From the UHGV virus genome UHGV-1747320: a DNA stretch of 25,402 nt, one strand, 5' to 3'. A program made the position numbers and the translations under genes. The stretch comes from a virus. Under the pieces are notes generated by a model, which did no database searches, was not told the DNA's origin, and was given only the letters and a program-made list of their open reading frames with translations. The first letter of the stretch is position 1. Every line of letters begins with the position of its first letter. Below, piece by piece: positions 13,634-22,758 of the stretch.

Positions 13634-13688
13634 CCTGCTTCTGTATATATAAATAATAAGTAACTTATTAAATATATACGGAAGCAGG
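13634..13688. repeat. About 55-bp near-perfect AT-rich palindrome (CCTGCTTC...AATAAGT-A-ACTTATT...GAAGCAGG)
   Basis: Outer arms CCTGCTTC (13634-13641) and GAAGCAGG (13681-13688) with the perfect core AATAAGTAACTTATT (13655-13669); sits between the ParB module and terS. Confidence 0.65.
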
Positions 13689-13726
13689 CTTAATAAGACA
13701 TGCCCAGACCTAATTAAACAACCCAG

Positions 13727-13786
13727 AAAACAAGTTGGTTAGAAAATGCAGTAAACAAGTTGTTTTAGAGCGCATGGACGCGCTCT
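13727..13786 (+). promoter_or_regulatory. Regulatory region upstream of terS: two AAACAAG-TTG(G/T)TT palindromes (13727-13740, 13753-13765) and hairpin AGAGCGC/GCGCTCT (13767-13786)
   Basis: The same palindrome as in the early promoter modules; the hairpin is flanked by a direct repeat GTTTTAGAG. Confidence 0.5.
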
Positions 13787-13805
13787 GTGTGTTTTAGAGG
13801 GATCT

Positions 13806-14438
13806 ATGACGGTCGAAAAAGACGAGGTAAAAACTCGCCTGACACCAGCGGAGTGGGCCGAAGCTGAAGCCAAATGGACGTCAGGCGAATATACACTCTC
13901 AAAGCTGGAGGAAGAGTACGGCATTCGTCGTGAAACACTCTCCAGACATTTCAAAAAGCGAGGATTAGAGAAAGGCGCGGACTCTGTTGGGAAGATGGTT
14001 CGTGAGTCTCTTAAATCTGACGCAGAGCTTCGCGCTAAAGCCCGTGCGGAAAAGATAGAAGAACGTCGTACACGTTATGACGGCTGGGCGTATGCGTTGG
14101 GGCAGATGGTGATGGTCGAAGTCACTACGGCCAAACGTGAGGGTAAGCCTTTAGGGGCGATTGAGGATTCTCTCAAGAGCTTACAGAGAGCCAGTAATAC
14201 CCTTGCAAAATGCTTTGAAGTTTCGTCCAAAGCATTGGGCATGGATCATGCGGAAAATGACGAGGAAGAAATTCCGAACCTGGTATTTGGTGAGCTTACG
14301 CCTTCCCAGGTGGCGAAATTACGTCAGGAAGACGACGAGCCTGAAATCATCGATGACGAATTGCTTGAGACGTTGGAAGAAGAAGCTCTAAGCGAATTTG
14401 ATGCGACAGATGATGGAAGTGAAGGGGAGGACGAATAA
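13806..14438 (+). CDS. terS: Terminase small subunit (210 aa)
   Basis: Position immediately upstream of and overlapping the large terminase (TAATG); N-terminal HTH-like region and a strongly acidic C-terminal tail. Confidence 0.75.
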   Translation: MTVEKDEVKTRLTPAEWAEAEAKWTSGEYTLSKLEEEYGIRRETLSRHFKKRGLEKGADSVGKMVRESLKSDAELRAKARAEKIEERRTRYDGWAYALGQMVMVEVTTAKREGKPLGAIEDSLKSLQRASNTLAKCFEVSSKALGMDHAENDEEEIPNLVFGELTPSQVAKLRQEDDEPEIIDDELLETLEEEALSEFDATDDGSEGEDE

Positions 14439-15694
14439 TGGCAATCCCGTCCTCGCTCAGTCTTGTGCAACTGCATTCTGGACAGATGAAAGTCTTCCAG
14501 TCTCCGCATCGATTTAAAGTTGTTTGTGCTGGTCGACGCTGGGGAAAATCCCGGTTGTCGATCTCCACTATTATTCGTGCGGCGGCAAAGGAAAAAAAGC
14601 AAAGGGTCTGGTATGTCGCTCCTACTTACCAGATGGCTCGCCAGATTTTGTGGGACGATCTACAGGAAGTTCTGCCTCGTAAGTGGGTTAGGAAAAAGAA
14701 CGACACCACGATGACAATCGTGTTGAAGAACGGTTCGGAGATCGCCCTCAAAGGTGCTGATAAGCCTGACACTCTGCGCGGCGTAGCGTTGCATTTTGTA
14801 GTGCTTGATGAATTTCAGGATATGAAGGCTGACACCTGGTACAAGGTGTTACGACCTACTCTTTCATCGACACGCGGCGGTGCACTGATCATTGGTACGC
14901 CAAAAGGCTTCTCGGAGTTTCACAAACTGTGGACTATAGGCCAGAACGTAGAGCTGCAAAGAAAGGGACAGTGGAAGAGCTGGCAGTTTGTAACTGCCGA
15001 TTCTCCGTTTGTACCTACGGCGGAAATTGAAGCTGCTAAGAACGATATGGACCCCAAATCGTTCGCTCAGGAGTACCTGGCCAGCTTTGAGAACATGTCC
15101 GGGCGCGTTTACTACCCGTTCGATCGTAACGTGCATGTAAAACCGCTTCAGTTCAACCCTCGGTTGCCTATATGGGTAGGGCAGGACTTCAACATTGACC
15201 CGATGTCTTCCGTAATTTTGCAACCTCAGCCAAATGGTGAGCTATGGGCAATTGATGAATTGGTGCTCTTTTCCTCTAACACGGCAGAAGTTTGTGATGA
15301 GCTTGAGAGACGCTTCTGGCGCTGGAAATCACAGGTAACGGTATTTCCAGATCCGGCAGGTGCTTATCGCCAACATGCTCGTGGGGAGTCTGACGTAGAC
15401 ATATTCAAAGAGAAGGGATTCTTACGTGTCGATTATTCGAAAAAGCACCCGCCAATTGCGGATCGTGTTAATGCTGTTAACCGAATGCTGATGACCGCAT
15501 CTGGAGATATCCGGCTGTATATCGATCCGAAGTGCAAGCATTTGATTGATTCACTGGAAAAAGTCATCTACAAGCCTGGAACACGAGATATGGATAAGAC
15601 AGGTGGCATTGAGCATAGTGCAGACGCATTGGGCTATCCAGTACATCGTAGGTATCCAGTCAAAAACCGTGTTATTCTTGGTGGTTCTAGATAG
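14438..15694 (+). CDS. terL: Terminase large subunit (418 aa)
   Basis: Walker A VVCAGRRWGKS, Walker B FVVLDEFQDM, C-terminal nuclease-like acidic residues; GGAGG RBS. Confidence 0.9.
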   Translation: MAIPSSLSLVQLHSGQMKVFQSPHRFKVVCAGRRWGKSRLSISTIIRAAAKEKKQRVWYVAPTYQMARQILWDDLQEVLPRKWVRKKNDTTMTIVLKNGSEIALKGADKPDTLRGVALHFVVLDEFQDMKADTWYKVLRPTLSSTRGGALIIGTPKGFSEFHKLWTIGQNVELQRKGQWKSWQFVTADSPFVPTAEIEAAKNDMDPKSFAQEYLASFENMSGRVYYPFDRNVHVKPLQFNPRLPIWVGQDFNIDPMSSVILQPQPNGELWAIDELVLFSSNTAEVCDELERRFWRWKSQVTVFPDPAGAYRQHARGESDVDIFKEKGFLRVDYSKKHPPIADRVNAVNRMLMTASGDIRLYIDPKCKHLIDSLEKVIYKPGTRDMDKTGGIEHSADALGYPVHRRYPVKNRVILGGSR

Positions 15695-15709
15695 GTAAGT
15701 AGTTATCTA
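15688..15709. promoter_or_regulatory. Palindrome TAGATA-N10-TATCTA containing GGTAAGTAG, between terL and portal
   Basis: Related to 19115-19132 (TAGATAA-gtaa-TTATCTA). Confidence 0.4.
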
Positions 15710-15720
15710 AGGTTATTCAA

Positions 15721-17295
15721 ATGGAATTGAACGACAAACAAATTAAGGATCTGGTGGCGCGACGCCACCCGGAATACGAAAAGAAAAAAGAACATTGGGA
15801 CTTCCTCGCCAGCACCTATGCTGGCGGGCGTGGTTGGTTTACAGACAATATCTTTCGTTACTTTAAAGAGGGCGATCAGGAGTTTAAGGAGCGAGTTGAG
15901 CGTGCTTATCGCTTCAACCACACTCGTGAGGTGGTAAACCTCATCAACAAATATCTCTTTAAAGAAGACATTCATAGAAATATCGAAGAGGCTCCAGAGC
16001 AGATCCGCAATTTCTGGAAACGTGCGACTCGCCAGAATGCCTCTATTGACTCATTTATGGCCGCCATTGATTTGCAATCGTCAATCTACGGCCGTATTTG
16101 GGTTGTTGTTGATAGCACAATGAGTGGTGATGTTGAGTCAGTAGCTGACGAGAAAAAGAAAGATGCTCGTGCCTACGCCTACTGGATTTCACCTCAGCAA
16201 ATGCTGGATGTGGCATGGGACGACGACGGGAATATGTTATGGGCGTTAATTGTGGAAGTCGCTCGCGATGACGCAGATCCTTTTACTTCTACAGGTCAGG
16301 AATACCAACGTTATCGTCTGTGGACACAAAACGAGTGGTATCTGTTCCGTGAGGAAGTGAAGAAGGGGGCTGGTGGAGCAGGTCGTCGTCAGGCAAAAGT
16401 TATTTTAGAGGACAGCGGCGCGCATAATCTCGGCGTAGTTCCTGTGTTTCCTGTTGATTGTATTGGAGAAAGTGAATCACCGTATTTCAGCCCATCGTTG
16501 ATCGATGATATCGCTTATCTTGATCGTGCGGTTGCAAACTATCTGTCAAACCTTGATGCCATTATTCAGGATCAGACATTTAGCCAGTTGGCTATACCGG
16601 TACAGTCGCTTTTACCTGGTGATGAAAACCACACTAAAGTGCTTGAAATGGGCACAAAGCGAGTCTTCACCTACGATTCTGAAGGTGGAAACCAGCCGTT
16701 TTATCTGTCACCAGACCCGAAACAAGCTCAGATGATCATCACTACGATTAAGACGGTGATTAACGAAATCTACCATTCAGTTGGTGTAGCTGGTGAGCGA
16801 ACGAAGCAGGACAACGCACAGGGAATCGATAACTCATCTGGTGCCGCAAAAATGTATGACTTCCAGCGTGTAAATAGCTTGCTTGTCACAAAAGCAGAGC
16901 GTCTGGAAAGGGCTGAACGCCAAATCATGCTACTGGTTGCGAAATGGATGGGGGTAGATCTGGACGAAGACCACTCTTTAATTGCGTATCCAGAAAGTTT
17001 CGATATTCGTGGCCTTACAGATGAATTTTCTGTTGCCGAGAAACTGTCATTACTTCAGGCACCGGACTCTGTACGTCGTCACCAGATGGAAATGCTTATT
17101 GAGAAGATTTTCCCGAACATTACTGAGGCGATGAAAAAGGAATTTGATAAAGATCTCTTGAATTTTCCGCCAAAAAATGATCTAAATACCCTTGAAAATA
17201 AGTCAGTACTTACTTATGATTGTGGTGCAGCCCAAGAAAGCGGGCAAGATCAACCCCGAGGGAATGGGGACTCATCTACTCAAGAGAACGAGTGA
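15721..17295 (+). CDS. Portal protein (524 aa)
   Basis: Size, position after terL and acidic C-terminus typical of portal proteins. Confidence 0.85.
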   Translation: MELNDKQIKDLVARRHPEYEKKKEHWDFLASTYAGGRGWFTDNIFRYFKEGDQEFKERVERAYRFNHTREVVNLINKYLFKEDIHRNIEEAPEQIRNFWKRATRQNASIDSFMAAIDLQSSIYGRIWVVVDSTMSGDVESVADEKKKDARAYAYWISPQQMLDVAWDDDGNMLWALIVEVARDDADPFTSTGQEYQRYRLWTQNEWYLFREEVKKGAGGAGRRQAKVILEDSGAHNLGVVPVFPVDCIGESESPYFSPSLIDDIAYLDRAVANYLSNLDAIIQDQTFSQLAIPVQSLLPGDENHTKVLEMGTKRVFTYDSEGGNQPFYLSPDPKQAQMIITTIKTVINEIYHSVGVAGERTKQDNAQGIDNSSGAAKMYDFQRVNSLLVTKAERLERAERQIMLLVAKWMGVDLDEDHSLIAYPESFDIRGLTDEFSVAEKLSLLQAPDSVRRHQMEMLIEKIFPNITEAMKKEFDKDLLNFPPKNDLNTLENKSVLTYDCGAAQESGQDQPRGNGDSSTQENE

Positions 17296-17316
17296 TAAGT
17301 AACAAAGGGAATTTTT

Positions 17317-18204
17317 ATGAAACTGTGGCAAATGCTTTTGGCCCGTCGTGGTCTGATGGATGTTGCTGAAGCGCATGAGCGTGGAGGCGCTGGCGGTGTA
17401 GCTGCTGATAATGAGCAGAGTACACAAGATCCTGACAAGCAGGGTGAACAAAAAGAGCAGCCGAAGGGTGATGACGAATACGCTGGCATGACTCATGAAG
17501 AGTTACTGGCCGAACTTCGCAAAACCAAGAAAGCTGGTGCTGAACTGCTGAAAGAGAACATGAAGCGCAAAGAGAAAGAGCGCACATTGGCCGATCAGCT
17601 TGCTCAGTACGGTGATATCGATCCGGCTCGTGCTCGCCAGCTTTTAGAAGCTGAACAGGCCGCAGAAAACGCACGTCGTGAGGCGGAGCAAGCTGAACTG
17701 GAGCGTCGTGGTGAGTTCGATGCTGTTAAAAAACAGATGATCGAAGCACACCAGGCAGAGCTGGCACAGCGTGACGAACGTTATGCAGCACTGGAAAGTG
17801 AAAACGCATCACTGAAATCTCAATTAGTCGAGATGACCGTGGGCGCTTCCTTCAGTAACTCTCTCTTCCTACGTGACAAAGTTCTGATGACTCCGGCAAA
17901 AGCCCGCGTGATCTACGGTTCTCATTTTGAAGTGGGTGAAGACGGTAGCGTAGTGGGTTATGACAAACCGGCAGGTCATAAAGAACGAGCTGTTCTGGTT
18001 GACGGTGAAGGTAAGCCGTTGCCGTTTGAATCCGCGATTGAACGCATTGTGCGGGCAGATCCGGAAGCTGACGCATTGATGCGTAGCGAAGCCAAGCAGG
18101 GTGTAGGCTCACATTCCAAATCGACCTACACAATATCCCGACCGAAGAACAAGTCGACTATGGATAAGTTGGCCTCCGGTCTGGGGAAAATTGGACTTAA
18201 GTAA
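17317..18204 (+). CDS. Scaffolding protein (295 aa)
   Basis: Highly charged Ala/Glu/Arg/Gln-rich coiled-coil-like sequence between portal and major capsid genes. Confidence 0.75.
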   Translation: MKLWQMLLARRGLMDVAEAHERGGAGGVAADNEQSTQDPDKQGEQKEQPKGDDEYAGMTHEELLAELRKTKKAGAELLKENMKRKEKERTLADQLAQYGDIDPARARQLLEAEQAAENARREAEQAELERRGEFDAVKKQMIEAHQAELAQRDERYAALESENASLKSQLVEMTVGASFSNSLFLRDKVLMTPAKARVIYGSHFEVGEDGSVVGYDKPAGHKERAVLVDGEGKPLPFESAIERIVRADPEADALMRSEAKQGVGSHSKSTYTISRPKNKSTMDKLASGLGKIGLK

Positions 18205-18229
18205 CATCTAAATCAAAGGGAATTGATAG

Positions 18230-19105
18230 ATGCCATTACTGCGTGATGAAGCTGAAAAGCTGTCTAACAACGAACTTGAGCAGGGTGTGATCGAAACTAT
18301 TATCGATCGCGATGACCTGTTCGCCATCCTGCCTTTTATGAAAATTACTTCAAAGGCATATCTGTACAACCGTGAGGCTACTCTGAGCGAAGCCACATTT
18401 ATTGATGTAAACGACACCATCACTGAAGGTGCAGCAACCTTCACAGAACATGTAGCGAAACTGCGTATTCTGGCTGGTGACGTAGACGTTGATAAATTCC
18501 TGGCAACCACCATGTCAGACACTAATAACCAACTGGCAATTCAGGTTCGCCAGAAAGTTAAAGGTCTGGCTCGTGCGTTCCGTCGCAACCTGATTTTGGG
18601 CGACTCAAGCTCTAACAGCAAAGCGTTCGACGGCATTCCACGCCTGATGCATGAAGATCAGAAGATCGACATCGCAGGTGCATCTATGACTTTCTCCATG
18701 TTCGACGAACTGGTCGATGCGGTGAAAGATCTTGGTGCTGACTGCATCATGATGCGTTCAGAGCACCTGCGTGCTTACCGTGCGCTGCTGCGTACAGTAA
18801 ACGTAGGCCCGTCTGAAATCATGATGGAGAACTTCGGTCGTCCGATGCTGTGTCATAACGGCGTTCCGTTCATCATCAACGACTTCATCCCGACCGATTC
18901 TGGCAAAGCAAGCATCTACTGCCTGCATCTGTCAGAAGAGAACGGCGTTACTGGTCTGTATGGCGGCGATAACGCAGGTATCGTTGTTGAAAACATTGGT
19001 ACTGTACAGAACAAAGACGCAGTACGTACCCGTGTGAAGTGGTACTGCTCTCTGGCGAATAAGCACGATAAGGCTATCGCTGCACTGACCAATGTAAAAA
19101 TTTAA
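18230..19105 (+). CDS. Major capsid protein (291 aa)
   Basis: Position after the scaffold gene, AAGGGA RBS, strong terminator downstream. Confidence 0.85.
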   Translation: MPLLRDEAEKLSNNELEQGVIETIIDRDDLFAILPFMKITSKAYLYNREATLSEATFIDVNDTITEGAATFTEHVAKLRILAGDVDVDKFLATTMSDTNNQLAIQVRQKVKGLARAFRRNLILGDSSSNSKAFDGIPRLMHEDQKIDIAGASMTFSMFDELVDAVKDLGADCIMMRSEHLRAYRALLRTVNVGPSEIMMENFGRPMLCHNGVPFIINDFIPTDSGKASIYCLHLSEENGVTGLYGGDNAGIVVENIGTVQNKDAVRTRVKWYCSLANKHDKAIAALTNVKI

Positions 19106-19114
19106 TCAGTGTGG

Positions 19115-19132
19115 TAGATAAGTAATTATCTA
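19115..19132. promoter_or_regulatory. Perfect palindrome TAGATAA-gtaa-TTATCTA
   Basis: 7-bp arms; directly after the capsid stop and before the terminator. Confidence 0.45.
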
Positions 19133-19137
19133 TGTTT

Positions 19138-19166
19138 AAGGGTGGGCTATACGCCCACCCTTTTTG
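19138..19166 (+). terminator. Strong rho-independent terminator (stem AAGGGTGGGC/GCCCACCCTT, loop TATAC, TTTTT)
   Basis: 10-bp GC-rich inverted repeat 19138-19147/19153-19162 followed by a T-run. Confidence 0.85.
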
Positions 19167-19178
19167 TAGGAGCAAGAA

Positions 19179-20099
19179 ATGCCAGAACAAAAGATGAAGA
19201 TTACGGAAGAGGCATTTTCGGATTTTACGGGGCATATGTGCCGCGCCGGATTTACCAATTCTATCTCCGATGAACCTTTAACCGAGCGGCAACAAAGTCA
19301 GCTATCTGCTTGTTTGCAGGCGGTTCCCCTCTCCCAATCCGTAAACATAACCCCGGCTTCACCGTCAGTTTTGGTTGGGAAAACTGTTCAACTTAGTGCA
19401 GGTATTAGTATGGGTAAGAGTGCCAGTTCATTCACCTGGAAGTCAGCCAATGATCAAATTGCAACCGTTAACGGCACTGGATTAGTAACTGGCGTAGCAC
19501 CAGGCAAAGTAAAAATTACTGCAACTGATCAGGAAACCCAGCTTTCCGCTTCAGTGGAAGTCACCGTAAATCCGGTAGCCGTTCAATCCGTAACGGTAAC
19601 GCCAGACTCAACCTCTGTTGAGAAAGGGAAATCAGTCAGTCTGAAAGCGAATGTTCAGCCGTCAAATGCGACGAATAAGGCTGTTACCTGGTCTTCCAAA
19701 AATGAAGATAAGGCAACGGTAGACCAGAGCGGGAACGTTACTGGTGTAGAAGTTGGCACTGCGACGATTGAGATCGTTTCCCAAGATGGCAGCAAAAAGG
19801 CAACTGCAACGGTGGAAGTAACTGCGCCTGTTGTGGCTGTTACCGGCGTCGAAATCGACCCAAATAGCACAACCGTTGAGGCAAACAAAACTGTTCAGCT
19901 GACCGCAAATGTCGAGCCGGCAGGAGCAACAAATAAAACCGTTACTTGGGAATCCAAAAATACCGAGTTTGCAACGGTGGATAGCGAAACCGGTGTTGTA
20001 ACTGGCGTTGCGGCTGGTACTGCCACAATCGAGGTTACTACCCAAGATGGTAGCCACAAAGCGACAGCGACCGTAGAAGTCACTGCTGCACAGGAATAA
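19179..20099 (+). CDS. Ig-like (Big_2-type) repeat protein, probable capsid decoration or accessory protein (306 aa)
   Basis: Three tandem repeats with the bacterial Ig-like group 2 pattern (V.V.P...v..G.t.qL.A.v.P..AtNk.VtW.S.n...ATVd..G.vTgv..GtAtI). Confidence 0.75.
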   Translation: MPEQKMKITEEAFSDFTGHMCRAGFTNSISDEPLTERQQSQLSACLQAVPLSQSVNITPASPSVLVGKTVQLSAGISMGKSASSFTWKSANDQIATVNGTGLVTGVAPGKVKITATDQETQLSASVEVTVNPVAVQSVTVTPDSTSVEKGKSVSLKANVQPSNATNKAVTWSSKNEDKATVDQSGNVTGVEVGTATIEIVSQDGSKKATATVEVTAPVVAVTGVEIDPNSTTVEANKTVQLTANVEPAGATNKTVTWESKNTEFATVDSETGVVTGVAAGTATIEVTTQDGSHKATATVEVTAAQE

Positions 20100-20107
20100 T
20101 CAATATT

Positions 20108-20125
20108 GGGCGGCGAAAGCCGCCC
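20108..20125 (+). other. GNRA-tetraloop hairpin (GGGCGGC-GAAA-GCCGCCC) without a U-tract
   Basis: Perfect 7-bp GC stem; likely an mRNA stability or processing element. Confidence 0.4.
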
Positions 20126-20143
20126 ATGTAGAGAGAATGCGTT

Positions 20144-20578
20144 ATGAAACCAGCAAAAATTGTTTTATTAGAACCGCAATTTTCCGGTTATTCGGGAATG
20201 CTTTGCGGCGTTCAGTTCGAGAACGGGGTGTCCGTAGCGGAGTTGCCTTTTATCGATCAGCAGAGAATTTGTGCATCAATGCGAGCGTCAACAGTAGAGG
20301 GAAAAAATGTTTCCCCATCTGCCGCATACAGTGATCGTGGCGAATTGGCCGCAGACCTGATTACAGAGCCAGTAGCGCCTGACATTGTGCCAATGAAACG
20401 AGGGACGCCAGATGAACCGATCAAACAGATCCAGACTTTCACACGAGAAGAGTTGGAGTCAATTGCAGACAATGAAGGCATTGCCGGTCTACGTGTGATT
20501 GGCAATCAGGTTGGTGTCAAAGCGAAAGGAATTGTCGAGATGATTGAAGGCATCCTGAAAGCACAAGGCGGTGAGTAA
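20144..20578 (+). CDS. Hypothetical structural protein (144 aa)
   Basis: ATG at 20144; position in the head-to-tail connector region. Confidence 0.6.
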   Translation: MKPAKIVLLEPQFSGYSGMLCGVQFENGVSVAELPFIDQQRICASMRASTVEGKNVSPSAAYSDRGELAADLITEPVAPDIVPMKRGTPDEPIKQIQTFTREELESIADNEGIAGLRVIGNQVGVKAKGIVEMIEGILKAQGGE

Positions 20579-21411
20579 TGGCGCAGATCGACTCGTATCG
20601 TAGCGGTGAAGCTGTTTCTCTTTCATTTGCCTTCAACGTGCTGGATATCGAATCTGCTACCTACACAGTAAAGGACAGCTCCGGGGCTATTCTCGTTGAT
20701 GGCGAGCAGCTAGAAATTACCAGCGGGCAAATGTCGATTCCGGTTGTCGTGTCGGCTGAATATAACCAGCTCTCTGAGAAAGAACGCGATCTGCGGTACG
20801 TCATTGTGAAGGCTGTTGCATCGGGTCTGACGCATGAAGAGCGGCAAATGTATGTTCTGCTGAATAGTTTTGAACTGTCGATACCAGAACAGTCGTTTGC
20901 AACTGTCGCTGATGCTCAAATGCAGGCGATCGATATGCTGAATGGGGACACTTTGCTGTCGGATGGTGAAGGCTTAATGCGCAAGCGTCTCATTGAGGCT
21001 ACCAGACGAATTAAAACTTTACCGTTCTCAATCCGCAAAATTCTACGTATCGACTTTGACCGATACGATCGCCCTCAAAATATGCTGAATGTGTATGACA
21101 TTCCGTGGGGAGCAGATGGAGCGTACCGGCATGATTTAGTCGATTGGGAAAAGATGACGCAAGAGAAGTTTGAAGAGTTCCCTGACTACTTCAAAGAAGC
21201 GTTGATGCTTGCCGTTGTCAACGAAGCGTGTGAGATCGCAAATGGCAATGATGTTGCCGCAGCACGAGAGGATGGCATTTTGTCAGAGTCAATCGGTGAA
21301 ACAACCAACATGTACCGTACCGGTAAAGCTGCAAACGTGCATGTGGCTCGCAGTACCTGGCGCTTGCTGGTCAGTTACATCAACAACCGTATGATTGTTC
21401 GCCGTGCGTAA
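20578..21411 (+). CDS. Hypothetical structural protein, possible head-tail connector or adaptor (277 aa)
   Basis: TAATG overlap with the upstream gene; function from position only. Confidence 0.6.
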   Translation: MAQIDSYRSGEAVSLSFAFNVLDIESATYTVKDSSGAILVDGEQLEITSGQMSIPVVVSAEYNQLSEKERDLRYVIVKAVASGLTHEERQMYVLLNSFELSIPEQSFATVADAQMQAIDMLNGDTLLSDGEGLMRKRLIEATRRIKTLPFSIRKILRIDFDRYDRPQNMLNVYDIPWGADGAYRHDLVDWEKMTQEKFEEFPDYFKEALMLAVVNEACEIANGNDVAAAREDGILSESIGETTNMYRTGKAANVHVARSTWRLLVSYINNRMIVRRA

Positions 21412-21490
21412 CGCCAGTCGCATTATTTACTTTTGGTCGAAAGGGTTTTTGGCCAGTAATGAGAGCGACCGACAACAACAGAGAGAGAGC

Positions 21491-21835
21491 ATGAATATTT
21501 CGTGGCAAACAGAAATTGCGATCTACCGCTTTGGCGCAAAGAACGTTTACGGCGAGGCGCAATTACAATTCGTCAGGAAGACGAATGTCGGCGTGGTTAA
21601 GTTCGAACAGAGTAATGAGAAATCGTCAGTTCGTGCTGATAGCTCTGGTAGTCGTGGTAAGGCGAGTCTGGAGCTGTTTGATGCTGTGTTAGTTGTCCCT
21701 TTGGAAGCGGCTGTACAACTTGATGATGTACTGATCCTTGAAGGTCAAAAATTAAAGGTGTCCAGTGTTCATCGCCGCTGGGGGCTACGAGGAAGACCTG
21801 GGCATCTTGAAGTAGGGGCGAATATATGGGTCTGA
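21491..21835 (+). CDS. Putative head-tail joining protein (about 114 aa)
   Basis: Track ORF 21395..21835 begins at a TTG; ATG 21491 has a GAGAGAG RBS. Confidence 0.5.
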   Translation: MNISWQTEIAIYRFGAKNVYGEAQLQFVRKTNVGVVKFEQSNEKSSVRADSSGSRGKASLELFDAVLVVPLEAAVQLDDVLILEGQKLKVSSVHRRWGLRGRPGHLEVGANIWV

Positions 21836-22299
21836 AATACGATGCGCATCAGTTCAAACGTGCGGGGAATCGACTCAACAACAGCCAGAAAGCATTTAAG
21901 CGATATCTTATCCGGGACATGGAAAAGCTGGCGCGTTTGGTTGAGCGCCTCAGCCGTGCAATGGCCCCGCTGGAAACCGGATCTCTGGAGACAGCCATCT
22001 TTGCTAGGGTGATTAAAGAAGGTTATTCAGGGCTGCGCATTGAGCTTTCTGTGTCTGGAGCAAAACCACGTCAGGGGCATCCGGGGGTAGAAGTAGGTGA
22101 CTATGCTAAGTACATGGAGCTGGGTAAATATCGACTCGGTTATCTTTCTCGAATGAAGAACGTGACAAACCCACCAATTGTCGGTGTTAAACCTCGTGTT
22201 GGGCCACACTTTCTGGAAAGAGCGGTGGAAATTAGCGAGAAGCAGTTCTCAGAAGCGATTCTTGAGGCTGCCAGAAAAGCCGGTTTTACGAGAGGTTAA
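21826..22299 (+). CDS. Putative neck or tail-completion protein, HK97 gp10-like by pattern (157 aa)
   Basis: Overlaps the upstream gene by 10 nt; family resemblance is tentative. Confidence 0.55.
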   Translation: MGLKYDAHQFKRAGNRLNNSQKAFKRYLIRDMEKLARLVERLSRAMAPLETGSLETAIFARVIKEGYSGLRIELSVSGAKPRQGHPGVEVGDYAKYMELGKYRLGYLSRMKNVTNPPIVGVKPRVGPHFLERAVEISEKQFSEAILEAARKAGFTRG

Positions 22300-22300
22300 T

Positions 22301-22684
22301 GTGTTTATTGAAGCGTTTGCAAGTTTGATGCAGAAGGCAAAGATTGGCACGGTCGGGACTGACATTTTCTGTCACTACTTGCCTGCCAATGTGAAATCTG
22401 GCGTCCTGCTTATTAACCCAAATACCGGCATCAGCATCGATCATGAGCTACAGGGCTTTTACCACGAATCATTCACAATCATTGTGCGTGGTTCGTCAAT
22501 CACTACGACGGTTGAGAAAGCCAATAAAATCATTGAGATGTTTCCAGTAGAGGAAACGGAATCTGGTGGTGTTTATTTTCGACTTGTACGACCGATGGCG
22601 ATGCCAATCATTTATCCCAAAAATGATGGGGCATTAATAGAAGCAGGCATTCCTGTTGAATTTGCTGGCTATTTATTGAATTAA
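22301..22684 (+). CDS. Putative tail completion or terminator protein (about 127 aa, GTG start)
   Basis: Track ORF 22178..22684 overlaps the upstream gene in another frame; the in-frame GTG at 22301 is 2 nt after the upstream stop with GAGAGG upstream. Confidence 0.5.
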   Translation: MFIEAFASLMQKAKIGTVGTDIFCHYLPANVKSGVLLINPNTGISIDHELQGFYHESFTIIVRGSSITTTVEKANKIIEMFPVEETESGGVYFRLVRPMAMPIIYPKNDGALIEAGIPVEFAGYLLN

Positions 22685-22690
22685 GTTAAT

Positions 22691-22710
22691 TGGTAAGTAT
22701 ATACTTACCA
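22691..22710. promoter_or_regulatory. Perfect 20-bp palindrome TGGTAAGTAT-ATACTTACCA upstream of the major tail gene
   Basis: 10-bp arms with no spacer; GTAAGTA family. Confidence 0.5.
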
Positions 22711-22758
22711 TTGACGCAATAAATGCGTAGAATTAACGGAAAAAGGAGTTTTCCATCA

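Noticed and set aside
14161-14391. Nested alternative-frame ORF inside the terminase small subunit gene
   Set aside because: No RBS, and the translation is Arg/Lys/Trp-rich; consistent with a chance frame inside an acidic-tail coding region.
20137-20334. Track ORF 20137..20334(+) overlapping the start of 20144..20578
   Set aside because: Alternative frame with a junk-like translation; the 20144 frame continues for 144 codons and fits the operon.
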